Assembly: GCA_047459655.1 (NCBI GenBank)
Contig: JAJREF010000003.1
Span: 64,001-128,000 of the forward strand
Origin: Rhabdochlamydiaceae bacterium
GTDB taxonomy: Bacteria; Chlamydiota; Chlamydiia; Chlamydiales; Rhabdochlamydiaceae
Direction of reading: 5' to 3'
Length of the DNA stretch: 64,000 bases
Shown: positions 44,834-53,441 of the stretch, piece after piece
How the letters are laid out: every line of letters starts with the position of its first letter
How positions within the stretch are numbered: the stretch's first letter is position 1
Position numbers and translations under genes: made by a program
Notes under the pieces: generated by a model
The model's database searches: none
What the model was told of the DNA's origin: nothing
The model's input: the letters and a program-made list of their open reading frames with translations, nothing else

Positions 44834-45258
44834 GACACGGAAAACACACATTTAAAATAGGCAGAAACTCTTCTCATAGAAGATGTTTGATTGCAAACAT
44901 GTTAAAATCTCTTGTCGAACATGAGCGCATTGTAACATCTGTTGCAAAAGCTAAAGAACTTAAAAGACACGCTGATCGCTTGATCACTTTGGCAAAGAAA
45001 AACACTTTAGCTAGCAGGCGTCAAGCAATTGCAGATTTGATGATCACTCGCACAGCGGTGACTTCAAAAGATGCTCGCGCAGTAAAGAAAAAGGCAACGG
45101 GAGAAAAATCTGAGCCGAAGGGCACTCTTATCACTAAGTTGTTCGGTCCTCTTTCAGCGCGTTTTGCTGATCGCAATGGTGGATATACACGTGTGATCAA
45201 AGCAGGTGATCGCGTAGGCGATAACTCTCCTACATGTATCCTTGAGTTCATTTCCTAA
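44830..45258 (+). CDS. rplQ: 50S ribosomal protein L17
   Basis: MRH......GR.SSHR, KAKEL, R.GGYTR.IK...R.GD. Confidence 0.97.
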   Translation: MRHGKHTFKIGRNSSHRRCLIANMLKSLVEHERIVTSVAKAKELKRHADRLITLAKKNTLASRRQAIADLMITRTAVTSKDARAVKKKATGEKSEPKGTLITKLFGPLSARFADRNGGYTRVIKAGDRVGDNSPTCILEFIS

Positions 45259-45264
45259 GAAAGC

Positions 45265-45300
45265 ATAGATGGGTCATTTTCTCCAAAATGACCCATCTAT
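45265..45300 (+). terminator. Putative terminator of the ribosomal operon
   Basis: Perfect 16-bp stem ATAGATGGGTCATTTT-ctcc-AAAATGACCCATCTAT just after the rplQ stop. Confidence 0.65.
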
Positions 45301-45369
45301 ATCTCTTTACAATCTATAGTTTCTTGTTTATCATCATGGAACAAGGTGCATGGTGCCTTTTAAGTTAAA

Positions 45370-45390
45370 ACTCACCTTACGCAAAAAGAT
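45370..45390 (+). repeat. Solo family B left arm just upstream of gapA
   Basis: ACTCACCTTACGCAAAAAGAT, matching the termini at 13465 and 26590. Confidence 0.8.
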
Positions 45391-45395
45391 TGTTT

Positions 45396-46412
45396 ATGCC
45401 TATTAGAGTTGCAATTAATGGTTTTGGGCGCATAGGAAGGCTTGTTTTTCGCATCATTGCTGAACACTATGCAAAAAATATCCAAATAGTGGCTATTAAT
45501 GATCTTGTCCCTCCCGATAATTTAGCTTATCTGCTAAAATATGACAGCGTCCACAGGCAGGCAGCTTTTACTGTTAAAGCAGATAAAGAAGGGCTGATTG
45601 TTAATGGACAAAAAGTTGTTGTTTTTGCGGAAAAAGATAGCGCGAAGTTGCCATGGAAAAAGCACGCTATCGATTATGTGATTGAGGCAACAGGCCAGTT
45701 TACTCATGCAGATGATGCTAAAAAGCATTTAGATGCAGGTGCAAAGAGAGTGATTATTACGGCTCCGGCTAAAGGAGATGTCCCAACCTTAGTGATGGGT
45801 GTTAATCACACCGAGTACCGTCCTGATAAAGACAGGATCGTCTCAAATGCCTCTTGTACCACAAATTGCCTGGCTGTTTTAACGAAGGTCCTTTTGGACA
45901 ATTTTGGCATAGAAGAAGGACTCATGACAACAGTCCATTCTTTAACAGCTTCTCAGCCTACCGTAGATGGCCCTTCTAAGAAAGATTGGCGCGGAGGAAG
46001 AGCTGCTAGCCTAAATATTATTCCAGCTTCTACCGGAGCTGCAAAAGCAGTTGAGCTGTGCCTTCCCGAAGTAAAAGGAAAGTTAACCGGGATGGCCTTC
46101 CGTGTACCAACAGCTGATGTATCTGTTGTTGATTTAAATGTGCGTCTGAAAAAAGAGACGACGTACGAAGAGATTTGTGAAGCAGTCAAAAAAGCTTCTG
46201 AAGGAACAATGAAAGGATATTTATTGTTTTCTGAAGAAGAGACTGTTTCGTCCGATTTTATCGGAACTTCCTATTCTTGCATTTTTGATAAAGGTGCAGG
46301 GATAGCATTGAATAACCGTTTTTATAAATTAATCGCCTGGTATGACAACGAGATGGGGTATTCTCATCGCGTTGTAGACTTAATGAATTACATGGCGTCT
46401 AAGGGCTTATAA
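45396..46412 (+). CDS. gapA: Glyceraldehyde-3-phosphate dehydrogenase
   Basis: [36 protein letters not shown]. Confidence 0.97.
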   Translation: MPIRVAINGFGRIGRLVFRIIAEHYAKNIQIVAINDLVPPDNLAYLLKYDSVHRQAAFTVKADKEGLIVNGQKVVVFAEKDSAKLPWKKHAIDYVIEATGQFTHADDAKKHLDAGAKRVIITAPAKGDVPTLVMGVNHTEYRPDKDRIVSNASCTTNCLAVLTKVLLDNFGIEEGLMTTVHSLTASQPTVDGPSKKDWRGGRAASLNIIPASTGAAKAVELCLPEVKGKLTGMAFRVPTADVSVVDLNVRLKKETTYEEICEAVKKASEGTMKGYLLFSEEETVSSDFIGTSYSCIFDKGAGIALNNRFYKLIAWYDNEMGYSHRVVDLMNYMASKGL

Positions 46413-46655
46413 GGAACTAACATGAACACTATACTCAAACAAATTGAAGCGTTAGGGGAATACTCCCAGCCTATTCATTTGCTTGCGTATGCCTATTGCT
46501 GCCGATTTTTTCCGTTTACACATTCAAATGATAAAACTTGCGACTCCTCCTTTCCCAAAGAGTCATCTTTGGTCTTTGTTTCACTTTTGTTTTTTTTGGT
46601 GAAATGTAAACGTTTAACATCGGCAGCCATGGGATTGAATAAAAGGAAAAATACC

Positions 46656-47420
46656 GTGAACTTTACTCGAGAACCCATTATTGAAACTATCATCACACCT
46701 AAAGATGGGTGTAAACTTGTAGTCCGCAGCAGCAAAAGCGAAGGACAAGAAGAATATACAGTTGATGCCGTAGAAGTTGTATCTTTTGGCCAAGCTCTTT
46801 TTCTTAGATCAACAGAAAGACCAAAATCTTTCTTAGTCCCCGTGGGAGACTATGAAGTTGTTGAAGTGAAAGAAACAAGAGTTGTTCTTAAAAATGCCTC
46901 ATTTGAGCGTACGATTAAGATTGGAGGCGGCAAAGAAGCCCCTATTCGCAGAGAAGCTGTAGAAAAATCACAAGATGACGGCGATGCTTCAGAGGACGCT
47001 CCAGAAGAACAGTCAGGCGGTAATCGTTTTGACCGTAAACGGGACGGTAGACGTCGTCATCGTAGTAGACGTCGTCCACAAGACGAAAGAGATGTAGCTC
47101 CCCGCGCTACCGAGGAAAGCGCTCCTCAAGAGAACGCACTTCCTGCAGAAGCTCCTGTTGCTCCTAAGCAGAAAGAAGAGGGCCATGTTAATCACTTTAC
47201 CTCTCTCATCCCACCACCTAAAACACTCATTTCTGACAGCATCAAGAAGTATAAGGATATGCAAACAGAAGCAGCTCCTGAACCTTCTCCGGAAAAGCCG
47301 TCAGAAGAGCCCACAGATGAAGGGGATTCTAGCACCATTAGCCGGAATACAGTTCAGTCTGAAGCTTTGCAGACAACCTCTACCTTCTTTTCTAATCTAA
47401 CCAATTGGACAGGTTTTTAA
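46656..47420 (+). CDS. grgA: Chlamydial transcription factor GrgA (CT504-like); probable GTG start
   Basis: FTREPIIETIITP.DG.KL.VR.SK, VEVV..G...F.R..E..K.FL.P..DYEV.E, basic RRR tract; follows gapA as in Chlamydia. Confidence 0.75.
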   Translation: MNFTREPIIETIITPKDGCKLVVRSSKSEGQEEYTVDAVEVVSFGQALFLRSTERPKSFLVPVGDYEVVEVKETRVVLKNASFERTIKIGGGKEAPIRREAVEKSQDDGDASEDAPEEQSGGNRFDRKRDGRRRHRSRRRPQDERDVAPRATEESAPQENALPAEAPVAPKQKEEGHVNHFTSLIPPPKTLISDSIKKYKDMQTEAAPEPSPEKPSEEPTDEGDSSTISRNTVQSEALQTTSTFFSNLTNWTGF

Positions 47421-47480
47421 TTCCACCTTGAATCAAAATCCTCTCCCAGAGTAGACTTCCCTCTCGAAGTCTACTCCTTT

Positions 47481-47564
<84 letters not shown>

Positions 47565-47583
47565 TTTTGTTTGGGGTATATCT

Positions 47584-48710
47584 ATGAGATTTTTGTATTT
47601 GCTTCTTCTCCCTTTTATTTCTTTGTTTTCAGTGCCAGGTATTGAATATAGACATCTGGAGATTTCGAATTCTTTCTATTTTAGCTATATCTCAGGATCC
47701 CAGTCTATCCATCTCATCGAAATAGATCCCTCACTCTATAGCATAAGGCCCATAAAGGCTTTAGATAATGGCATAGGGCGAGAAACAGTGTTTTCAATTG
47801 CTACCCGTTATGGGGCTCTTGCTTCTGTTAATGGGGGTTTTTTTTCAATAGGTGGGACTTGGGATGGTAGGGCATGCGGCGCGCTAAAAATTGATGATTG
47901 GTATGCACTACCTTTGAAGCCAAGAGGTTGTATTGGGTGGTCACCTGGAGCCTTAGTCCCTGCAATGGATCGACTTCTTGTGAAAATAGATGCAACTTAT
48001 GATCTTACACATTTCTCTGTAGATGGCTTGAATCGGGCGCGTAAAGAAGGTGAAATGGTTCTTTTTACCCCTTGTTTCCATAGAACAACCTTAACCAATC
48101 CAGATGGGGAAGAGCTTATTGTAGTAGAAGGGATTATACAGTCGATAGTAAAAGGTGGTAGCTCTAAAATTCCTCCTAATGGGCAGGTGTTGTCTATTCG
48201 AGAATCCCATCCTCTTTTTAATACATTTGAAGTTGGTAAGCCGCTAATATTTTCTACACAAATTACTTCTCTGACAGGAGGAACATCTCCTGAGGAATGG
48301 GAATCCTTTAACTACATTGTTGGGGGAACTCCACTTCTTCTCTATAATGGTATTCAGGTCACAGATTTTACATCTGAGCAAACTATCTCTACATTTATAT
48401 CCAACAAACATGCCAGAACTGCTATAGGTATATTGCCTAACGGAAATTGGCTATTTGTTGTTGTAGACAAAACGCATTTTTTCGATGGGATGACTATCTA
48501 TGAACTAACAGATTTTATGGCAAAATTAGGCTGCGTGCATGCTCTTAATTTAGATGGAGGAGGAAGTTCTACCATGGTATGTGAAGGTGTTATTAAAACT
48601 CTCCTCATGGAGATGAAGATGAGGGGCTGGGTGAAAAAACAGTTCGTCGTGTATCGGATGCAATTGTCGTGATCCCAAGAGACGGTAAACCTAAAAGGAG
48701 CGGTAGTTGA
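47584..48710 (+). CDS. Secreted phosphodiester glycosidase (NAGPA/DUF2233) family protein; frameshift ~48597
   Basis: Signal peptide MRFLYLLLLPF, NGGFF, H.RTAIG, VVD, GMT..EL, ALNLDGGGSST; the shifted frame ends R.VSDAIVV. Confidence 0.85.
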
Positions 48711-48747
48711 ATAATGAAACTCTCACCAACCCAATTTAAAAATCATT

Positions 48748-49431
48748 ATGAATAAATGCCTGCTTCTAATCACTACCGCTATATTTTGTTCTGTAAGTAG
48801 CTTCTTAGAAGGAACTGTGTCTGATATTACGACCCAAAGAGTGATCACAGATTATATTAAGATAGATAAAACAAAGAAAGCAGCACCAGCTCAGAAGCGC
48901 TATATTATTACAGGAGGCCCCGGAGTTGGCAAAACAACGATTATTAAACATCTAGAAGGACAAGGTGAAGCTGTCATCCATGAAGCAGCTACGGATGTGA
49001 TTAAACGCGAGTTGGAAAACGGTGTTTCAGAGCCTTGGAGTAAGGTGTGGTTTCAGGAGAAAGTCATTGCACTGCAAGAGGAAAGACAATTGCAAGCAGC
49101 TTCCAAAGAAAATGGATCTGTCTATTTTGATCGTTCCCCCATTGATACCATGACCTATTGTTTTATATGGCAGAATGAGCCAAAAACTGAGCTAATGGCC
49201 GTACAAAAACTAGTCGATGAGGGGTTTTATCAAGAAACTGTCTTTTTAATTGAGAATTTAGGATTCTGCCAACAAAATGACGTGCGCACTGAAAGTTTAC
49301 AACAGTCCCTTTTTATCCATGAAAAAATCAAGGAAAGTTACGAGGGGTTAGGGTTCCGTGTCATTTCTATTCCTTTTGCTTCTGTTGAGGATAGGGTAGA
49401 AATGATTCGTTCTTGCTTGTCAGAAAGATAG
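48748..49431 (+). CDS. AAA_28/NadR-like P-loop protein with signal-peptide-like N-terminus
   Basis: IITGGPGVGKTT, E.A..VI, FDRS.ID..Y, Y..LG...I.IP..SVE.R. Confidence 0.8.
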   Translation: MNKCLLLITTAIFCSVSSFLEGTVSDITTQRVITDYIKIDKTKKAAPAQKRYIITGGPGVGKTTIIKHLEGQGEAVIHEAATDVIKRELENGVSEPWSKVWFQEKVIALQEERQLQAASKENGSVYFDRSPIDTMTYCFIWQNEPKTELMAVQKLVDEGFYQETVFLIENLGFCQQNDVRTESLQQSLFIHEKIKESYEGLGFRVISIPFASVEDRVEMIRSCLSER

Positions 49432-49489
49432 TCTTTTTTTGTAAGGCGGGCTGTAAATTTCTTGCCATTAAAGATCGGCATTATCATAT

Positions 49490-49508
49490 TAGTTGTATTA
49501 TGCAACTA
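49490..49508. promoter_or_regulatory. Putative MarR-family operator
   Basis: TAGTTGTA-tta-TGCAACTA (7/8 inverted repeat) 11 bp upstream of the marR-like ATG at 49520. Confidence 0.6.
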
Positions 49509-49519
49509 TTCGGATTGTA

Positions 49520-50533
49520 ATGGAAAATCTTTCAAGTGAAGAGGTCAACCTTCTAAGGCATCATGCAAGAAGCGTGGTAAGAGAGCTTGGACTTCTTAAT
49601 GACGCGTATTTTGAGATTGGTGTGACCTTAGCAGAAAGGCATTTGCTTATTGAACTCACTTTTTGTTCTTGCCCCACAATGGGGGAAATTGCAGAGCGAT
49701 TATTGCTCGATAAGTCAACTGCTAGTCGGTTGATCAGTAGGGCAATGCGCAAGGGGTATATTCAATGTACCACCGATCAAAAAGATAAGAGAAAAAAATT
49801 TATTCATCTCTCGGAGCTGGGAAGAAGACTCTCGAAGCCTTTGAACCAATTGCCTTTAATCAAACTAAAGAGGCGTTGCTTGCTTTATCAAGCACAGAGG
49901 CTAAATGGGCTTGTAAGGGGATTGCTCTTTACGCAAAGGGGCTCAAAAGCTCTCGTTTACAGAATAAGGATTTAGTAAGAGAGCAAAAAGAGATAAAAGG
50001 AAGTGAAGTTAGATGAGGTTAATGTCCAATTGGCTCAGTCAGGATTTACTTTGAAACCATTTGTACAAGAAGACGAAGAAGGACTTTATGAAATCTTTCA
50101 AGAAGTTGTCGATTCAGGGAATCAATTTCCATATGAGTGTAATTCAGTTCGGGAATTTTATCAGCAGTTCTTTGGTCCAAAATCGCAGATCTATGTAGTT
50201 CATTCGTCTGAAGGAGAGATTGTTGGTGGTTTTTATATTAAGCCAAATTTTCCTGGGAGATCAGATCATATTGCCAATGCAGCCTATATGGTTAGAAATA
50301 CTCATCGAGGACAGGGCATTGGTACGTTTTTAGTCAAAGCCTCTTTAGAGATTGCTAAAAATCTTGGATTTCTGGCCATGCAATTCAATATGGTACTCGC
50401 TCAGAATCTTGTTGCGCTTAAGCTCTATCAAAAGTTTGGATTTAATATCATTGGTACCATTCCCCATGCAGTTCGAAATTCAGATGGCAGTTATCAACCA
50501 GGTTATGTCATGCACCATCAATTAGATATCTAA
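49520..50533 (+). CDS. MarR HTH-GNAT acetyltransferase fusion; probable frameshift ~49820
   Basis: VRELGLL, E.H.LIEL, LDKSTASR, D.R...I.L...G; then KPN.PGR..HIANA.YMV....RGQGIG, QFN.V...N..A..LY.K.GF. Confidence 0.75.
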
Positions 50534-50544
50534 GGAGTATATTT

Positions 50545-50899
50545 ATGTCAGAGGAAAAAGAAGTTGTTGTTAAAGAAGAAACTTTTGACAAGTTGGAAAT
50601 CCGCCTAGGGCGAGTGATCAGTGTGGAAGAAGAACTTACAGCACCCAAAAAAGCCTATAAGATGAAATCGATTTTGGGAAATTTGGGATTAAAACCAGTG
50701 TCGGGAGATTTACTCAACACACGCCTGAGGAGATAAAAGGTAAACTTGTTTTCGGGATCTTAAATTTTCCCCAAGGCAAATTGGGAATGTTCTTTCAGAA
50801 GTTTTGACTCTGGGAGTACAATATCCAAAAGCAGAAAGCGGAGAGGCTACGTTTATTACTCCTTTCAACGAAGCAAAAATTGGCGGGAAGTTATTCTAG
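50545..50899 (+). CDS. CsaA/Trbp111-like OB-fold tRNA-binding protein; 2 indels
   Basis: FDKLEIRLGRVI.VE, AYK..IDFG..G.K.S, N..PRQIG...SEVL.LGV across frames. Confidence 0.75.
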
Positions 50900-50906
50900 T
50901 TCTCTT

Positions 50907-51947
50907 TTAATAAAGATTTCCATCTTGCATGAATCGGTCAAAATAGCGCTTACTCGCGCTTACAAAGTCATCGCAGAAAGGATTGTGAGGATCTCCTCCT
51001 CCGGTGTGCGGTACAATCGTGATGTGCAGGGAGTCGCGTATTTTATCGGCGTTGATAGCCCACGGCAGAATGACTCTATCTTCTGCTTTTACAAAGTTCA
51101 TCACTTGTATGTTGTAATGTGTTGGTAAAATGAAATAGGCGGGGGCGAGGTTGATGATACAGAGGCGCTCTACTAGTTCAGGAGCTGTAGATTGGAGCAG
51201 TCGGAGTGCCCCTTGTAAGTGAACAGCTCCCTCGGAAAGGGCAACTTGCAGAAATTTTTTGTTTGGATTTTTGGTTAAAAAATCGACCCACTGCTGTGCA
51301 ATCAAGTAAGAAGTCCTTGTGTAGCTTCCGCCATCAACAGCCTTCATACGCAGCACATCTCGAATAAAACCTAGTCCGTCCGCTCCTCCCCAGACCCTTT
51401 GGTGGGTTGCATTGTATACACAGTGAATGTTGTTCCCATCGACAAATAGGTCAGAGAGTTGAGTAGCATCTCGTCCTGCATGCTCTAGGCTAGGAACGCC
51501 CATTCCGTTGACATAACCGACAGGACCTGGTAGGGGATCTCTTCCTGTTTTTTCACTGAGAGAAAAATACTGAGAGCCAAGGGGGCCGCCCTCTCCAAAT
51601 CCAGGGGAAAGCATATTAAAACTCCTTACATCCTCTGAGGGAAGAAAACCCAGTCTGCATAAAGCTTGTTGTAAACGCTCCAAGTTCTCGAACGCGTGGT
51701 GTTGTCCCCAGTCGAGTCCAGAAATAGTGGGGTCCTCCATTTTAGCTATTTCCCAGACTTTGTGGTAGACTTGATGTTCCTTCTGTTGTTCTTGAGCCGC
51801 TTTAAAAGCTCTCTGAATTACTAATAGAGATTGTGCGGGAGAAGGACGGATTTGCAAATAGGCGGTGTCTGCGTAAAAGATGTCCGCTACTGTACTTGCC
51901 GCATATCCTACTAAGGCTTTTGCTGTGTTGAAAGCTGCATCTGCCAT
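50907..51947 (-). CDS. Chlamydial DUF687-like protein, possible alpha/beta-hydrolase fold
   Basis: VGYVNGM, CVYNAT, FLQVALSEGA, D.V and C-terminal DPH; N-terminal VY.KVW..A......DWG..H segment. Confidence 0.55.
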   Translation of the reverse strand: MADAAFNTAKALVGYAASTVADIFYADTAYLQIRPSPAQSLLVIQRAFKAAQEQQKEHQVYHKVWEIAKMEDPTISGLDWGQHHAFENLERLQQALCRLGFLPSEDVRSFNMLSPGFGEGGPLGSQYFSLSEKTGRDPLPGPVGYVNGMGVPSLEHAGRDATQLSDLFVDGNNIHCVYNATHQRVWGGADGLGFIRDVLRMKAVDGGSYTRTSYLIAQQWVDFLTKNPNKKFLQVALSEGAVHLQGALRLLQSTAPELVERLCIINLAPAYFILPTHYNIQVMNFVKAEDRVILPWAINADKIRDSLHITIVPHTGGGDPHNPFCDDFVSASKRYFDRFMQDGNLY

Positions 51948-51959
51948 AAATATTCCTTA

Positions 51960-52790
51960 TTAGCTTAAAAAGGGGCTAACTATACATGATCTATTTATTA
52001 GATGTAATTCTGAAACAGCAATAAATTTACTTTCATAAAGAAAAGCTGGTTGCTTCTTGAGTTGGAGGAGGGGTGTTTGGACTGAACTTTGGCCGTCGTT
52101 GTTTATATCTACTCCCATAGATTGCGCGTTTCTTACCAAAATAGAAACAGGCTTCTTCTCATTTTTCCCCATATGTCTGTTCGAAGTTGTGAGGGTTGCT
52201 TGATTCATATTAGGATCGAAGCAAAATTGATTGGGGGGAATATGAGGGTCGCGAACGGATGTAAATATACAGTCAGTATCAGGGCCTAACTTGGCTTGCG
52301 GTGGCTGGTACAAAGATCGGCAGGATGTATTATGTTGAAACAGTTTAATAACAACTAATGTTGTGCCTATTTCTGAGGGTGGGTATGGTGTAACTATTGA
52401 ACTGGCAACTACCCTTAATGTTCGCTCATCCAAGTTTTGAAAGCAGATTTGAACGGCAGCAGGAGTTTGTGAAGAGGAGATGTTTCCTGGGTGGGGTGCG
52501 AAAGCTTGGGTGATGCAAGTCGCAAATCGGTCTGTTTCAATAAGAGAAGAAGGGTAGAACCCTTCTGGCGTAGGAGAGTGCCTAGTAAGAGTAGATATAA
52601 GGATTGGGGTCTCAGACGCCCCATGAGCACAAGTGGAAGGCTTATGACCGCTGCTTATACAAGCATAGACAGTATTCATTTTGCTCATTAATTCTTGTGG
52701 GCAGTTTTGTTCGTAGGTTAGAGGTTCAAGCAATTGAGCCCCTGCTAAAGGTAAAGATGATGCAAGAAGATAAGCTATCCCTAATTTCAA
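51960..52790 (-). CDS. Hypothetical exported Cys-containing protein
   Basis: 276-aa ORF with signal-peptide-like N-terminus. Confidence 0.55.
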   Translation of the reverse strand: MKLGIAYLLASSLPLAGAQLLEPLTYEQNCPQELMSKMNTVYACISSGHKPSTCAHGASETPILISTLTRHSPTPEGFYPSSLIETDRFATCITQAFAPHPGNISSSQTPAAVQICFQNLDERTLRVVASSIVTPYPPSEIGTTLVVIKLFQHNTSCRSLYQPPQAKLGPDTDCIFTSVRDPHIPPNQFCFDPNMNQATLTTSNRHMGKNEKKPVSILVRNAQSMGVDINNDGQSSVQTPLLQLKKQPAFLYESKFIAVSELHLINRSCIVSPFLS

Positions 52791-53253
52791 TGAAAGATGC
52801 AGGGTTCCAGGTTCGGAAAAGGCATTTGTAGGTTGCTCAAATCTCTAGCTTTTTTGCAAAAATGCACGGCTGCAAATGCGCCTTCCATCATAGGATTTGC
52901 TCCTGCCAAGTGCGCAATTGCGCCTGTGGCATAATAAGCTGTATCTAATGGTTGTTCTTTGACTGCTTTTGTGAATGCAATACATATTTTTGAAGTATAA
53001 GCCCAGGGTCCTTCATTCTTAATTTCCTGAAATTGACTTCGAGCAAATGGTAGGGCATCTCTAGTAAAGGGCTCAAAAAGTGAAGTAAAAAACCTTGTGC
53101 ATATCTCAATTATGACAGGAGGGTTGGAAGGCTCGGTTGCTGCGTAATCGTTTTTTGGGGGCTAATTGAACTGTTTTGGACTCTCACTCTAGACTCCTGT
53201 GTTTTTTCTTAGATTTCGGTATGTTTGGAGGGGATGGTATTTCCTGAAAACAT
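52787..53253 (-). CDS. Disrupted hypothetical ORF, not in track
   Basis: ~120 stop-free codons (PKNDYAATEP...LEPCIFH*) whose TGA overlaps the next TTG start; linking it to ATG 53253 needs one stop and one indel corrected. Confidence 0.35.
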
Positions 53254-53380
53254 TAAAAAGCAATCAAGATTTTCCATGGGTGCAAAAAGCCTTTGCTAAT
53301 TGTTTATTTAAAATAATAATTATTAGTCTATGACAGTTAGGGACTTATAAAAATTTTTTATCTGCTTAACGCTTAAGTAT

Positions 53381-53410
53381 TTGACACGCCCCTGCTGGAT
53401 ATGTTAAGAT
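53381..53410 (+). promoter_or_regulatory. sigma66/sigma70-type promoter candidate
   Basis: TTGACA-18 bp-TAAGAT upstream of the GH18 fusion gene. Confidence 0.5.
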
Positions 53411-53441
53411 TATATTAACAGCCAGCGGGAGATTGTCAGTC

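Noticed and set aside
33153..45258. Absence of rpsJ, rpsN, rpmD, adk, infA, rpmJ and rpsD from the superoperon
   Set aside because: Matches the known chlamydial arrangement; not novel.
13465..45390. Family B repeats as a CRISPR array
   Set aside because: Copies are dispersed over kilobases, paired as inverted termini, with no regular spacers and no cas genes.
47449..47476. Hairpin GAGTAGACTTC/GAAGTCTACTC before the tRNA as an att site or element
   Set aside because: Single copy; more simply a grgA terminator or tRNA promoter feature.
49433..49452. TTTTTTTGTAAGGCGGG as another family B arm
   Set aside because: Too degenerate to support.
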